From: Octopus vulgaris
Lineage: Eukaryota
Assembly (NCBI GenBank): GCA_951406725.2
Contig: OX597815.1
Location: forward strand, 196,416,001-196,480,000
DNA: 64,000 bases
Direction: 5' to 3'
Shown: piece after piece, positions 1 to 12,819 of the stretch
How the letters are laid out: every line of letters begins with the position of its first letter
Numbering within the stretch: the stretch's first letter is position 1
Made by a program: the position numbers and the translations under genes
Notes under the pieces: generated by a model
What the model was told of the DNA's origin: nothing
What the model saw: only the letters and a program-made list of their open reading frames with translations
The model's database searches: none

Positions 1-136
1 TATTTTGTATTAGCTTTGGCAAGTCCACATAATTTTAAAGTATTTCGCAATTTCTGTATACAAAGTGTTTAAGAAACGTAGATAAACATTAAACGTACGA
101 ATTAAAATCCTTTAGCGCATCTCATTCAGAAAAGCT

Positions 137-635
137 TGACCTTCCTTTGCAAATAACACAAGGGCACTGAGATAGTGTCTAAAGTCCATCTGGTGACGTT
201 GATCGCCTGGGGCTAAAAGCATCAGTAACACCCCACCCCCAGTGGCTAGCCACATTCAGATGGCTAGTACACCTTGCGTTGTCGAGCAGTTACTGTTTAT
301 ATCTCGTTCAGAGATTTATTATTGCTTTCAGACAGTTTTTCTAAATCATTGACAGTGGTTGCTGTGAAAAACGGTATATATTATTTGCAAGGGGACTCCT
401 TCATCGAAAACCGGTGCTTACCATGCGTTGACGAGAGGCAATTACCTTGAAACTATAGTCCGTATGTAGTACTTAGGTCTTCGAGGGAGGATGACCTCCC
501 TTTGCAAATAACACAAGGGCACTGAGATAGTGTCTAAAGTCCATCTGGTGACGTTGATCGCCTGGGGCTAAAAGCATCAGTAACACCCCACCCCCAGTGG
601 CTAGCCACATTCAGATGGCTAGTACACCTTGCGTT
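137..635 (+). mobile_element. Retrozyme-like tandem unit (~355-bp period, ~1.4 copies) carrying a type I hammerhead motif
   Basis: 137-280 is repeated near-identically at 492-635; HHR motif at 422-466; homologous to 35943-36350 and 37630-37750. Confidence 0.75.
422..466 (+). ncRNA. Type I hammerhead ribozyme motif with C3->U core change
   Basis: catgcg-TTGACGA-g-agg(caatta)cct-t-GAAAC-tata-GTC-cgtatg; stem I catgcg/cgtatg; palindromic stem III ACTATAGT. Confidence 0.7.
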
Positions 636-2196
636 ATAAGATTTTTGTTTTCCGTCTAATCTCAAATAGTAGATTTTATTACCGTGTGGCATCAGCATTG
701 GCAAATCCACGTGAGTACGTAGTACTTCGTAAGTTTTATCTACTAAGTGATTAGAAATGGTTCAATTTTCATTATAGACACAGACTTAATGAGTTAAATT
801 TAGATAACATGCTCCTCGGCTACAAGATTTTATGTTATATTTTACTCCCACAGTCAAATCTACGGGAAATCATAATCCTCGGCAGATCATAATCTTACTA
901 ATGCAGAAATATGATAGGAAATATTTTATAGCAACCTACATTTAGTAAAGCTAATTAAGATCATTTTACCACATTTAGTAAAATTTTATTTAGCAACCTA
1001 CTGAACTCCGACTGATTTACTGACGCGCTCAACATCCCGTCCCACCACGTGCAGTTTCCAATGCAAAGAATTAATATCGCTGAATACACTTCGGTGCAGC
1101 CTCTTGTCAAAGTGGCGCCAGCACGCTGCCAACGTCCTATCCGAATATGTGAGCTTGAAAATAAATAAAATATCTGGTGCCCCTTTCGCACCATTTATGT
1201 AACGTGAGCTAACCAATAAAGCCATCTTGAATTTCTTTCAAATCTCTTAGCATCTGATGGGATACACATTTTCTATTCGTCCACGAAACTTTAAGTTATG
1301 TGGAGCTAAGTAGATTTAAATTGATATAAATATACATATAGTGCGTATACGTTTGTGTTTCAATGTACCCAGTTTTTTATTTTTGCGTTTATTTGTGTAT
1401 ATATATATATACATACACATACAGACGCACAAACACGCAAATACACACATCCACACATATATTTTCAATTAGAATGGAATATTATACCGTATACTAATAG
1501 ATATGAAATACAGTAAAGTCTTGAATTATAATTTAAAATCTTTGCTAATCCTGCTGTCGCTGGTACTCCAAGCAAAATCTCATAGATATTAACCTTATCA
1601 ATATATGGGCTAAACATTTACATACCGCTACAAACAACATTCGAATATGATTACTATCTTTAAAATTAGTAATAGGATTTCATGTAAGAAAAATGTAAGA
1701 AATATTGTTTGAGGTGTCACAAAAACATTCCTTATTAATATGATCATATTAATGTGGAATTTTGCTAATAGTTCTCAATGTACATATGGGTATGATATCT
1801 CTAGATTATTTGATATCTCACAGTCATTATGAATTGATTAAAAAAAATTATAATGTCAGAACCAAAAAAACATATCCATTCTGCATTTTGAAATTTTATC
1901 TTCTTATATTTTCCCCACGAAAAGTGAGAAACTTGTAGGCAGTCGCTTTGCTTGCTAAAATTAGCAGCGAAATCTCTCTTAATCTCATATTCCGACAATT
2001 TCACAATTGACAGATATATTTGAAGATATTATCATGAGAAGTGTAAAACGGTTATCATCATTCATCTGAACGACTAGAACTGAAATGAGATAAATAAATA
2101 AGAACAACATAAGCACCAATTACTGCAAAAAATTGATTATCATATCTTCAAATTTGTTTAATGGGAATCGAATATAAAGAGTTATTTATATTAGTA

Positions 2197-2610
2197 TTAC
2201 TCTTTTACTCTCTCTTTTACTTGTTTCAGTCATTTTGACTGCGGCCATGTTGGAACACCGCCTTAGTCGAGCAAATCGACCCCGGGACGTATTCTTTGTA
2301 AGCCCAGTTCTTATTCTATCGGTCTCTTTTGCCGAACCGTTAAGTGACGGGGACGTAAACACACCAGCATCGGTTGTCAAGCAATGCTAGGGGGACAAAC
2401 ACAGACACACAAACACACACATACATATATACTTATATACATATATACGACAGGCTTCTTTCAGTTTCCGTCTACCAATTCCACTCGCAAGGCATTGGTT
2501 GGCCCGGGGCTATAGCAGAAGATACTTGCCCAAGATGCCACGCAGTGGAACTGAACCCGGAACCATGTGGTTGGCTAGCAAGCCACTTACCACACAGTCA
2601 CTCCTGCGCC
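2197..2610 (-). mobile_element. tRNA-derived SINE, family X (internal (CA)/(TA) tract, gtaaaaga tail)
   Basis: Reverse complement of copies at 18699 and 39495; TSD tattagta (2189-2196 / 2611-2618). Confidence 0.9.
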
Positions 2611-2632
2611 TATTAGTAAAATTAGTATTAGT

Positions 2633-3080
2633 AAAATGTTTTGTTTTTTTGGCTGGAGTATTTGTCTATTCTACTTTTTGTGTACTTGCCTATTGTCTAC
2701 ATATGTAGCGTGGTCGCTATGAACTTTAAGGAGTAACTTTTAGAATTCTTGATAATCGGCCGTTAATTTACCTGCTGATTTGAATCTGCTATATTTTAAA
2801 GTAAGTTTAGAGAGTTACATATGAGGCAGATACCTGCCTTCAAAAATAAATTCGCAAAAAATGTTTTGTTTTTTTGGCTGGAGTACTTGTCTATTCTACT
2901 TTTTGTGTACTTGCCTATTGTCTACATATGTAGCGTGGTCGCTATGAACTTTAAGGAGTAACTTTTAGAATTCTTGATAATCGGCCGTTAATTTACCTGC
3001 TGATTTGAATCTGCTATATTTTAAAGTAAGTTTAGAGAGTCACATATGAGGCAGTTACCTGCCTTCAAAAATAAATTCGC
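2633..3080. repeat. Tandem duplication, 2 x ~225 bp
   Basis: aaaatgttttg...aaataaattcgc occurs twice with few substitutions. Confidence 0.95.
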
Positions 3081-3334
3081 GATTATTTTCAAATACACAT
3101 AGAAACCTTTAATTCATTTTGCCCCACTACATTATGAATGTTAGTTGACAATTAAGTATGTTTGAAAGTAAAAATCATACCTAGAAACTTTTCCTACGTC
3201 ACTATTTACATTTGATAAATAATGCGGAAAATACTAAACAATGGAACGATATATATATTAATACAGCAATCGTTGTTATAAATAATTATCATTAATATGC
3301 ATAAAAATAGTAGTGCTCCTAGTTAAATACAAAG

Positions 3335-3672
3335 GGATGACCACCTTCGGTCACGAATGGCCATGGGATTGCACCTAGAAAGTTACCCTCCGAGGAACGA
3401 GTCCGGACAACGTTGTTTCTGGGAGACCAGCCGTCGCCCGTGCATACCAGCATCTCCTCTCATCACCATTGATGTTATCCATGGAAAAGGCAAAGGCCGA
3501 CACAGGTTGACACCAGTGAAGTCGTAGCTCATTTCTATAGCTGATTGAACTGGAGCCACGTGAAATAAAGTGTCTTGCTCAAGAGCACAAAACGCAGCCA
3601 GGTCCGGGAATCGTACTCACAATCTCACGATCGTAAGCTCCACGCTCTAACCACTGTGTCATTGGCCTTCAC
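3335..3672 (-). mobile_element. tRNA-derived SINE, family Z
   Basis: Reverse complement of 43174-43509; tRNA-like head; tail ggtgcaatcccatgg...gaccgaagg. Confidence 0.85.
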
Positions 3673-4396
3673 AAGTTAGTTACATACAACTAGTTAACAT
3701 ATTACATATATTTAACAGATAATATATTATATCCTAAAACAGATTATATAATATGATATAAAGAGACAGAATATGATACACAGAGAGAAAACTAATGCTA
3801 TGTAATAACTGTAGGAATGAAGAATAGTTCGAATTTAGCTTAAGGAAAATAACTAGAGCAATAAGAGACTTGCAAAAACAGCAAAAAATATTGTCTCGTA
3901 ATATAAGAAAACACTAAAATGCATATAAATATACTAAATTCTATAAGTAAAAAATATAGACGCGGTGAAAACAAAAAAAGGCCGAAAACAGTCCCAAACA
4001 GAATTCCAAAATGTATTGAAAGCAAAAATGGACAGAAAAGGCGTTATGTGACAAGGGAATCCGCAAGACGGAACTAAATAGATAGTGATAAAAACAAAAT
4101 TATCTCAAAGCTCTGCAATAAAATTCGATATGTGAATCTTATTTTAGATGCACAGAACGATGTGTAACTACAAGTGCAAAAATAAAATATTTAAAAATAT
4201 TCTAACAACAAAAGCGAACAATGCAACCTGTTTAGTGAAATGGCTGACTACATAACACTGCTTGGTCCTGGCAAATTACAAGCATATTTATGGACATGAC
4301 AGACTTGGCTGCTATGTAAACAAATTAATGTAGTGACACTTCGACGTGAAAACGAATAAGAAATTGTAGAAGCATGTAACCGACGCGAGGCATGAC

Positions 4397-4448
4397 AACC
4401 ATCTGGCAGAAACCATCTGGCAGAAACCATCTGGCAGAAACCATCTGG
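4397..4448. repeat. 14-bp minisatellite (aaccatctggcaga), ~3.7 copies
   Basis: Direct reading. Confidence 0.9.
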
Positions 4449-4506
4449 ACTGTGCCTATTCAGGTTGGTAGAGATCAAGACCAATTTTTGGATACAACAC
4501 AATATA

Positions 4507-4777
4507 TTGGGCTGTCCGGAAAGTTCGTGCCGATTTTTAACGGAAAGTAAAAGGTCAATAAATACTTGCCATTACCCAAGCTTTACCAGGTGCTCATGAA
4601 CGACGGATTTTGATAGGTTGAGGCTTTCTGCAAATTCTCGGGTTGTGTAATGTGGGTTATTCTCAATTAATGACTTGATTTTGTCATCATCTGTAGTGGA
4701 TGGTCTGCCTGATCGCTCTTTATCAATAAGGCTACAATCTCCAGCTCGGAACCTTGCGAACCACTTCCGTACGGTTC
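4507..4777 (-). mobile_element. Internally deleted mariner (3' TIR joined to the N-terminal HTH coding region)
   Basis: TIR ttgggctgtccggaaagttcgtgccgattttt matches the end at 53755-53789; peptide RTVRKWFARFRAGDCSLIDKERSGRPS...VHEHLVKLG. Confidence 0.9.
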
Positions 4778-4857
4778 TAAAGTAGTAATAGTAGTAGTTG
4801 TAGTAGTAGTTGTAGATTGATAATATTGATAGAGTCAACAGAATATCAGTCAAATAC

Positions 4858-5070
4858 AGGCGGCGAGCTGGCAGAAACTTTAGCACTGTGGGCGAAATGT
4901 TTAGCTGTGTTTCGTCTGCCTTTACATTGTAAGTTCAAATTCAGCCGAGGTTGACTTTAACTTTCATTGTTTCAGGGTCGGTAAATTGAATACCAGTTAC
5001 GTACTGGGGTCGATCATATCAATTAGACCCCTCCCCAAAACTTTCGGGCCTTGTGCATAGAGCAGAAATG
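4858..5070 (+). mobile_element. tRNA-derived SINE, family W
   Basis: aggcggcgagctggcagaaac head plus gtcgactttgcctttcatcc-like core; many copies in window. Confidence 0.85.
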
Positions 5071-6482
5071 AACATTAAATTTCAGTTTTCAAATACAAGT
5101 GACATCTTTGAATTTTTCACGTTCATAGATTGACATTTTCCAAAAAATTGCCCACATTTACAATATTTGGCTTGTTGACTAGGATACAATTTTTTATCAT
5201 TTCCCTTACATTTTAAGGTTGCGATTTAGCAGTACTGTTAGCACACCGGACAATATGCTGAGCGGCATTTCTTCAACATTTATGCTGAAATTCGACCGAA
5301 TTCGACTTTTGCCCTTCATCCTTCTGAGTTTTTCTTCTTTTTTTTTCAAATCAGTAGCAGTTGAGCACACTAATTTACTAATCTCCATACCCCAAATGTC
5401 TAACCTTGTGTTTATAATAGAAAGGTTGATTTCAGTTACTTTTTATGATGTTTGTGACATGTTTTTTTTTATATCGATGTGTAATATAAATATGTGTTTG
5501 TGCAGAAGAATTTCTTCTTGCCCGAAATTTAACGATACCTATTTTACTCTTTGCAGGATTTGCTGGTGGAAATGGTGAAGAACTGGATTCAAGCAACGTT
5601 TTTCCAGAAAAACTAGAAACATCCTTTTGTCAGCAATAAATCGAAAACGTTCATACCAAAAATCTGCCGTACTTGTTCCAAATCACCGGACTATTGAACC
5701 AAGGTGTAAATAAAAACGTATCTATTGCATTACGTTTAATACAAGTCGAAAGAAATTTGCTATTAAATTATACTTACCACTGTCAGCTTGAATTAAGTTT
5801 AGGATCCTGAAAGAAATCAACATTAATAACAATGCCCAGCATATTTCAAGGGAAATCTAAAAGTGAGGATTTATAATCTGAATAAGTGCTAAAACATGCG
5901 TGGACATATAAAACAAAACTCACAAATATAACATCTGCTGAACTCAAAAAGTAAAAGAAATTGCAATGCTTAAAAATATCAACAAAAAGATGTGCGTATA
6001 TATTACGTGTACACAGGTATATCTTCAAATATAGATATACGTATACGTTATATTCAAGGATCTTTTTAAAATATTCCCATCTGTAAACTGGACGGCGAGA
6101 AGTGAAGAGGCAAATATCTTAATTCCTCTAAGAACAACGTAAGTTGGATCAACTGTTTTGCCAATTTCGCTCGTGCCTCTTTAGATTCAAATACATATAG
6201 AAGGATACTCTGGAGCCATGATATCTAAATTCAGAACGTTTGGATCAAAGTTATTTTCTTCACTAAAGGAATCTGTCACCTGAAATATAATTCACGGTTG
6301 AAGGTACTTAATAACTTACAACCATACCAAAAGCTAATATGTTATCAATATTACTTGTGACAATGTAACGCTTTCAAACAAGCAACTTCACTTTACACAG
6401 ATATTCAATAATTGAAGAAAAAAAAACAATTGTGACGGTGAAGTTGTACACAACCATAAGCCTTCCATTGGCATCTTCGACA

Positions 6483-7772
6483 ATGAATCCGAATGGAAGC
6501 AATAACACTCTCGCAAATATACAAGCGGCTGGGACACCATTCACTTGGACACACTGGGTAGTAGCACTTATATTAAGCTTTACCATCATTGGTACCATAA
6601 TAGGCAATTCGTTAGTATGCATTGCTGTTTTTATGGTAAAAAAATTACAGACACCATCTAATTTTCTTATTGTTTCACTCGCTGTGTCAGACTTATTTGT
6701 AGCACTATTCGTAATGCCTCTAGCGCTGCTTTATGAACTTACGAAAGAGTGGCGTCTCGGTGACGAACTTTGTGATGCTTGGACATCTTTGGATGTCATG
6801 CTTTGTACAGCATCAATTCTGAACTTGTGCATTATCAGTGTCGACCGTTATTGTGTTATTACTCGGCCGCTTACGTATGCAATAAAACGAACACCAAAAC
6901 GGATTGCATGGCTCATTACTCTGGTATGGCTACTCTCTGCCTTGATATCTATTCCTCCGTTAATTGGATGGAAAACAGTGCGGAACCCGTTGGAATGTGG
7001 CTACAGCCAGGAACTTGGTTATCAAATATATGCTACTGTCGGAGCATTTTATCTACCTTGTACAATTATGATCATAGTCTATTATAGAATATGGAAAGTA
7101 TCTGATCGAATTAGTCGTGCAGAGACTAAGTCTCACAGAGGAACCCTAGAGCCCTCTACTCCGTATTCAAATCGTCCCAAATCCTCTAGCGGTAGTTGTG
7201 ATACGCATTTATTCCCTAACGGTTCGGTTCATTCTGGTAAAGAAGAGGATAATGAAATACTGCCCCGTCGAGAAAGGAGATTTACTCTCAGAACTTTACT
7301 GACGAAAAAAACTAAAATGACATGCTCAAAGGAAACGAAAGCAACTAAAACACTTGGAGTTATCATGGGGGGCTTCATTGCTTGCTGGCTACCTTTCTTT
7401 ATCTTGGCTCTTGTTAACCCGGTCTGTAATACCCTCAAAATGAAGTGCCCAGTACATCCGGTGGTGTCTAGTATATTCCTTTGGCTAGGCTATTTCAATT
7501 CTTTCATGAATCCTTTAATATATGCCCGTTTTAACCAAGAATTCCGGAGACCATTTAGAGAAATATTATGCTTTCGATGTCGTGGTATGAATATGCGCTT
7601 AAGAACGGAGAGTTATGCAGCACAGTATGGACCCGATCCGCAAATAAATGCGACAAATCGATGCAGCCTTCGTATTCCAAATGATTCAATTGTGCGATAT
7701 AACAGTCAAGGACAAACATTAGTACATGTTGGTAACGGGTCTACAGCATCTGATGGGGAATCAAAGTTATAA
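6483..7772 (+). CDS. HTR7: Serotonin receptor, 5-HT7-like class A GPCR (429 aa from first ATG, no intron in this CDS)
   Basis: 7 hydrophobic TMs; GN in TM1, LAVSD in TM2, TM3 Asp in DVMLCTASILNLCIISVDRY, YQIYATVGAFYLP in TM5, CWLPFF, WLGYFNSFMNPLIY, EFRRPFREIL; N-terminal sequons NGS and NNT. The frame is open back to 6369. Confidence 0.88.
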   Translation: MNPNGSNNTLANIQAAGTPFTWTHWVVALILSFTIIGTIIGNSLVCIAVFMVKKLQTPSNFLIVSLAVSDLFVALFVMPLALLYELTKEWRLGDELCDAWTSLDVMLCTASILNLCIISVDRYCVITRPLTYAIKRTPKRIAWLITLVWLLSALISIPPLIGWKTVRNPLECGYSQELGYQIYATVGAFYLPCTIMIIVYYRIWKVSDRISRAETKSHRGTLEPSTPYSNRPKSSSGSCDTHLFPNGSVHSGKEEDNEILPRRERRFTLRTLLTKKTKMTCSKETKATKTLGVIMGGFIACWLPFFILALVNPVCNTLKMKCPVHPVVSSIFLWLGYFNSFMNPLIYARFNQEFRRPFREILCFRCRGMNMRLRTESYAAQYGPDPQINATNRCSLRIPNDSIVRYNSQGQTLVHVGNGSTASDGESKL

Positions 7773-7793
7773 TTGCACTAATACAAAAAGTGT

Positions 7794-7891
7794 ATTACAG
7801 TTCATATAACATGCAGCATATAGTATGGAGTATTATATGACATTACATTTCATATAACATGCAGCATATAGTATGGAGTATCATATGACAT
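7794..7891. repeat. 2 x 48-bp tandem duplication just after the GPCR stop (probable 3' UTR)
   Basis: ttcatataacatgcagcatatagtatggagta..atatgacat twice. Confidence 0.9.
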
Positions 7892-8312
7892 ATTAGCGCA
7901 TTTCATAGGTAGAAAACATTATTGAAACCTATGTAAGAATGCCTTGTAAAACAAAAAATAAAAACAATAAGCAAAAGAGAAAAATGAATAAAAACTCCAA
8001 CCACTGAAAGTAAATTTGCATTTTACTCATCGATACGTTTTATTCATTTCCTTATTTTTTGTTCATTTCGATTCATCGCCCCCTATTCACAACGATATTA
8101 AAGGATTATCTGTGCTAAAATATTTTTGGAACTGACGATCGCAAGGAAATGGAAAATATAGAATGGTAAAGTCCATCCACATGGTGTATGTTTGAGTATC
8201 TGTAGCTGTCGGCATTTAAGTGTGTGAGTATTTTGTGTGTGTGTGTGTGTGTGTGTGTATGAGTGTTTGAAAGAATGTGCGTAAATGTGTGTGCATACCA
8301 ATCTGTCAAGCT

Positions 8313-8361
<49 letters not shown>

Positions 8362-8989
8362 GTACCTGTATATCTGCATATATATTTATTTACTTATATA
8401 TGTATATACATCTATATTTATACACGTATATGTGTGTATCTATATGTATATATATATGTATATGTGTGTGTGTGTTTGTGTGTGTAGAACGTACATATCA
8501 TGTACAAACACATACTATATATGCAGTGAGAAAAAATAGGCGTTAATAATATTAGTAAATTTCAACAAATTAGGTTTCACGTAACAGGATATTTTATCAT
8601 ATTCGAATTTTGATAAAATGTTCTCTTAGGGGTCAATACCTGATCTAAATGTGCTTTTATGCCTCACGCCCATTCAAAGCGAGAGACCATTTTCCATCAG
8701 TTTTATAAGAATATACTGCCATAGGCGATAGTCGGAGCCAACGAGTGAAACTGAGTAAAGAGGCACATATGCATGCATATATATAAGAGTAGATGTTCGA
8801 GAGTGAATTGAAATTGACCAGAGTCTTCTCGATCAGCAGCGCTTACTCGGAGTACAGAGTACCACCTATCTCTTCCATTATATATAAAGACTCAAGAATC
8901 GTAGTCTATTTTCTTCGATAACTCTAAATTAAAAATAGGAGTAGCGTCATTAAATTCTTAATACATACATACATACATGCATGCATGCA

Positions 8990-9027
<38 letters not shown>

Positions 9028-9525
9028 TAGTATATATAGAAATTCCTACACACAAACATATATATATGTATGTATATGTATCAAAAGAGAGGATTAGGAA
9101 ACAGATTATTTATTGGGGATTATTTATTCACCATGACATGTGTTTCATTTGCTGATAGAGTTTCGAAAGCGGAGTATTATTGACTGAAGAATTTGTGATA
9201 GAGGGCACATGTTTTAATTACATGTACAATTATGGAACTCCTATTAGCACCTTGAGTACATGTAGTGGTCAATAAACAATATGAAAATTGATTTCCACCA
9301 TCGTATATATTTAAGGTAATTATGTAATTACATACCAAATATTAATTTCCAGTATTTTCAACTCTTCTGTATGCCTGATACAGTTATAACGTCTACATAC
9401 AACTTTGGAGTACTGGAGCATATGCATGGGTGATACATAGTCCCACAGCTTGGGTTATAACCCTACCTACAAATTATATGTGTGTGTATGTGTAATATAT
9501 ATATATATATGTATATATGCATATG

Positions 9526-9556
<31 letters not shown>

Positions 9557-9799
9557 GTATATATATATATATTGATTGTATGTGATTCTAGTATTCAGCA
9601 GACTGCAAAATCAAAACCATTCGGTGTTGCTACTTGTTTCACTTCATGGAGGCTTTCTGCAAATCAATTTGGTGCATGAGAGAGTCTATGCAGCAACTGC
9701 CCTCATCTGTTCCTGCCGTGAAGTATGTTTCAAAGAATAAAGGAAGAGCAATCCAGTTAATATTTCATTTGCCTTAACACGTTTCTTTTGATCAACAGG

Positions 9800-10240
9800 T
9801 TTCATTAGCTAAAATCTTGTCCTACATCTTGATGGCCATTTGAATTCCTAGGCACCACGCAGTAAACTATTCTGGCATTTGCAAACTCTCGATGCCAGTT
9901 CAGGACACTTCCTCCAAGATCTTCCAGATGTATATTATGGCATATCTTTCCTTACGCTCCAGGGAATATAATTAATCTCTTGAGTCTTTCCCAGTAGCTA
10001 CATTCTGCATAGAGGCTATCTTCTTTGTGTAGCTTCGTGATAAAGTTCTGTGATCAACTTGACACTGGATGGTGACCATAGCTGATATTAGTCAAAGTGG
10101 CTTAGACACAAGTGTCTTCCAGAGGACCATCATGGTTTCTTGTTCTCTCTGTTCTAAAGGTTCTAAGAATCCATCCAGCCAGCCGTCTACGATTTCATTG
10201 TCAGTTTAGCAACATGTACATGAAGGTCGCGTCATCACTC
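9800..10240 (-). mobile_element. CR1/L2-group LINE ORF2 C-terminal fragment (decayed)
   Basis: Minus-strand remnants RRLAGWILRTFRT and SYWERLKRL, with frameshifts. Confidence 0.7.
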
Positions 10241-11178
10241 ATGTGAAATATACCTAGGTACACTGATTGTGCCTATGGGATTGCATATACATACATATCC
10301 ATATATTCATATATATATATATATATATGCTGATATATAATAGCTTGATATATTTCCAGCATTGAACTGCATGTATATATTCAGTTGTATATTTCTTCCA
10401 GCTCACATTGCAGGTGTTTAGTGTCCTCTTCTGTATTGCCTGAATACATATCATCTGCATAACATGTATGGTGGCATACATACACTCAGGGCATATCTGA
10501 GAGGCCATATATAACAGTAGTGGTCCCAGAACATATATATATGTATATACATGTATATATATATAAGTATATATAAATACGTAGGTGGTAACCAACTCTG
10601 AAGGAAGACCGCGATTCATATCTTAAAATATAATATGATTTTCAACATGTATGTTTAAGTATTGCAGACGCAAAATCAAAACCATTCGAACATTTCGAAA
10701 CATATGTAGCAATCATTCAAACTAAATCAATATATCTATGACAACTCTTAGATATGTTACTGCTAAAATATATTTCAAAGAATAAAAAGAGCAATCAGTT
10801 AATATTTCATTTTACCTTAAAACGTTTCTTTTGATCAACAGGTTTCATTAGCTAAAATCATTTTTATAGTCCATACGAATTTACAGATTAAATTCTATTC
10901 CATGGACACACACACGCACACGTGCACACTCATACAGATGTATATTCGATATTCTATGATCCACTTACGGGAAACATTAATTATAAATAAGCAAATATGT
11001 CCGTGATAAATTTTTGCGAATAAAAACGATAAAAGTATATTTCTAGACACAAGTTTAATTAAATATTACTTTCTTAAAAAAAAAATAATAAAACCTACGA
11101 AATGTATTTGCAAAGTTCAATCAAGAAAGATTTTGAAATATACCTATACATATATATATATACATATACATACATATA

Positions 11179-11243
<65 letters not shown>

Positions 11244-11331
11244 TGTATATATTAGTGTATGTGTCACATACATTATTCTATCTCCCTCTCTCTGAATACA
11301 TACATACATACATGTATGCATACATACACTC

Positions 11332-11374
<43 letters not shown>

Positions 11375-12035
11375 TTTATAAACACGTAGGTGGTAACCAA
11401 CGTCTGATCGAGGAAGACCGCGACACAAAATCAGTATGTCCGTGCAAGCTTTCCGAGACTCCAAGATGATTCCTGTGCGGGAATATTTTGTGACCGGATA
11501 AAGTATTGCACAGTAATGAATCAACTTTTCAATGCAAGCTGCTATAGAACCAGCGGCACAAAACAGGTCGAGACGACGGCCAGAAACAACTGCAGCGCAG
11601 TTTTTCTTTTAAACGCGATTACAACTCCATACTAGGATATTCTAAGTGTCCTTGGGAATAATAGTAGCTAAGGGACAGTTCCACAGTCCTAAAGCAATAA
11701 CTCTTGTACTATGCTCCCACTACATGTTACAGATTAAATTCTTTCCATGGACACACACACGCACACGTGCACACTCATACAGATGTATATATATTTTCAC
11801 CACGTTTCTCATGAATAAAAACATATTCATGAAATTCTTCAGGTATATACATTCCTTTAGTCCAACGTATATGCAGTTAGTAAACATTTTAATACGAATA
11901 TATCGGCTAAATTAATAGGGGAAATATAGATGCATGCTGTATATATATATGTTCTTTCACGCACACATAACATTGAATTATATATATGTATGCAAACATA
12001 TTGTATTTATACAGTGCCCCTAACATTGACACACA

Positions 12036-12102
<67 letters not shown>

Positions 12103-12281
12103 AAATATATATATATATGTGTGTGTGTGTATACAGAGCAAATACTTCACGAGGAAAATAATTCACGAAAAAATTATTATTTCGTGAATTATTTGCTCCG
12201 TATCGGAATTATATTCACACTGGTGGCTGACATGATTCGGCATATTTCAACATGACGGGTTGGAGCTCTCCATCATGGTAA

Positions 12282-12334
12282 CGCGTGCTGAGGAAGGTGA
12301 GGCTGTTATGCCAGTCCAGAAATCGGTCTGCGCG
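12282..12334 (+). ncRNA. Degenerate type I hammerhead motif
   Basis: cgcgtg-CTGAGGA-a-ggtgaggc(tgttat)gccagtcc-a-GAAA-tcg-GTC-tgcgcg. Confidence 0.55.
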
Positions 12335-12515
12335 AGTCCAAATGTGAATGTATGCAGAGAGATTGTCTTGGCCCGTTTGCCTTCGGACGGTTGATTCCTG
12401 AGTTATTGTCAGTGTATTTTGGAGATTCAAATAATAGTTTTCACTGTTATTTCCAGCAGGTAGACATACTTAGTATGTCCTTTGATTAATTTTAATCCTT
12501 CAGCTATAAATATAC

Positions 12516-12591
<76 letters not shown>

Positions 12592-12786
12592 CAGTACATA
12601 TGTAAGTCCAAGTATAATTTAAGAGGATTGAGTATGCCGGCATGTGTGTGTGAGTGAATGTGTATTGCATCTATCTGTTATATTATTATGAAGGACGAAC
12701 TAATATTATTGACTTGAGATATATGAACAATAATTCAGTAATTCCAGGTTGCAAGGTTCATTGTATCTCTGGAATTATGCAGCCAA

Positions 12787-12819
<33 letters not shown>

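Noticed and set aside
4397-4448. Short direct repeats as a possible CRISPR array
   Set aside because: No spacers; eukaryotic minisatellite
6374-7438. Antisense and alternate-frame ORFs over the GPCR
   Set aside because: Shadows of the real CDS
8690-8930. Possible solo LTR (TATA-like motif, mixed composition)
   Set aside because: No TG..CA ends, TSD or second copy identifiable by eye
9125-9190. GAAACACATGTC half-motif on the minus strand
   Set aside because: 5' half of the ribozyme is absent
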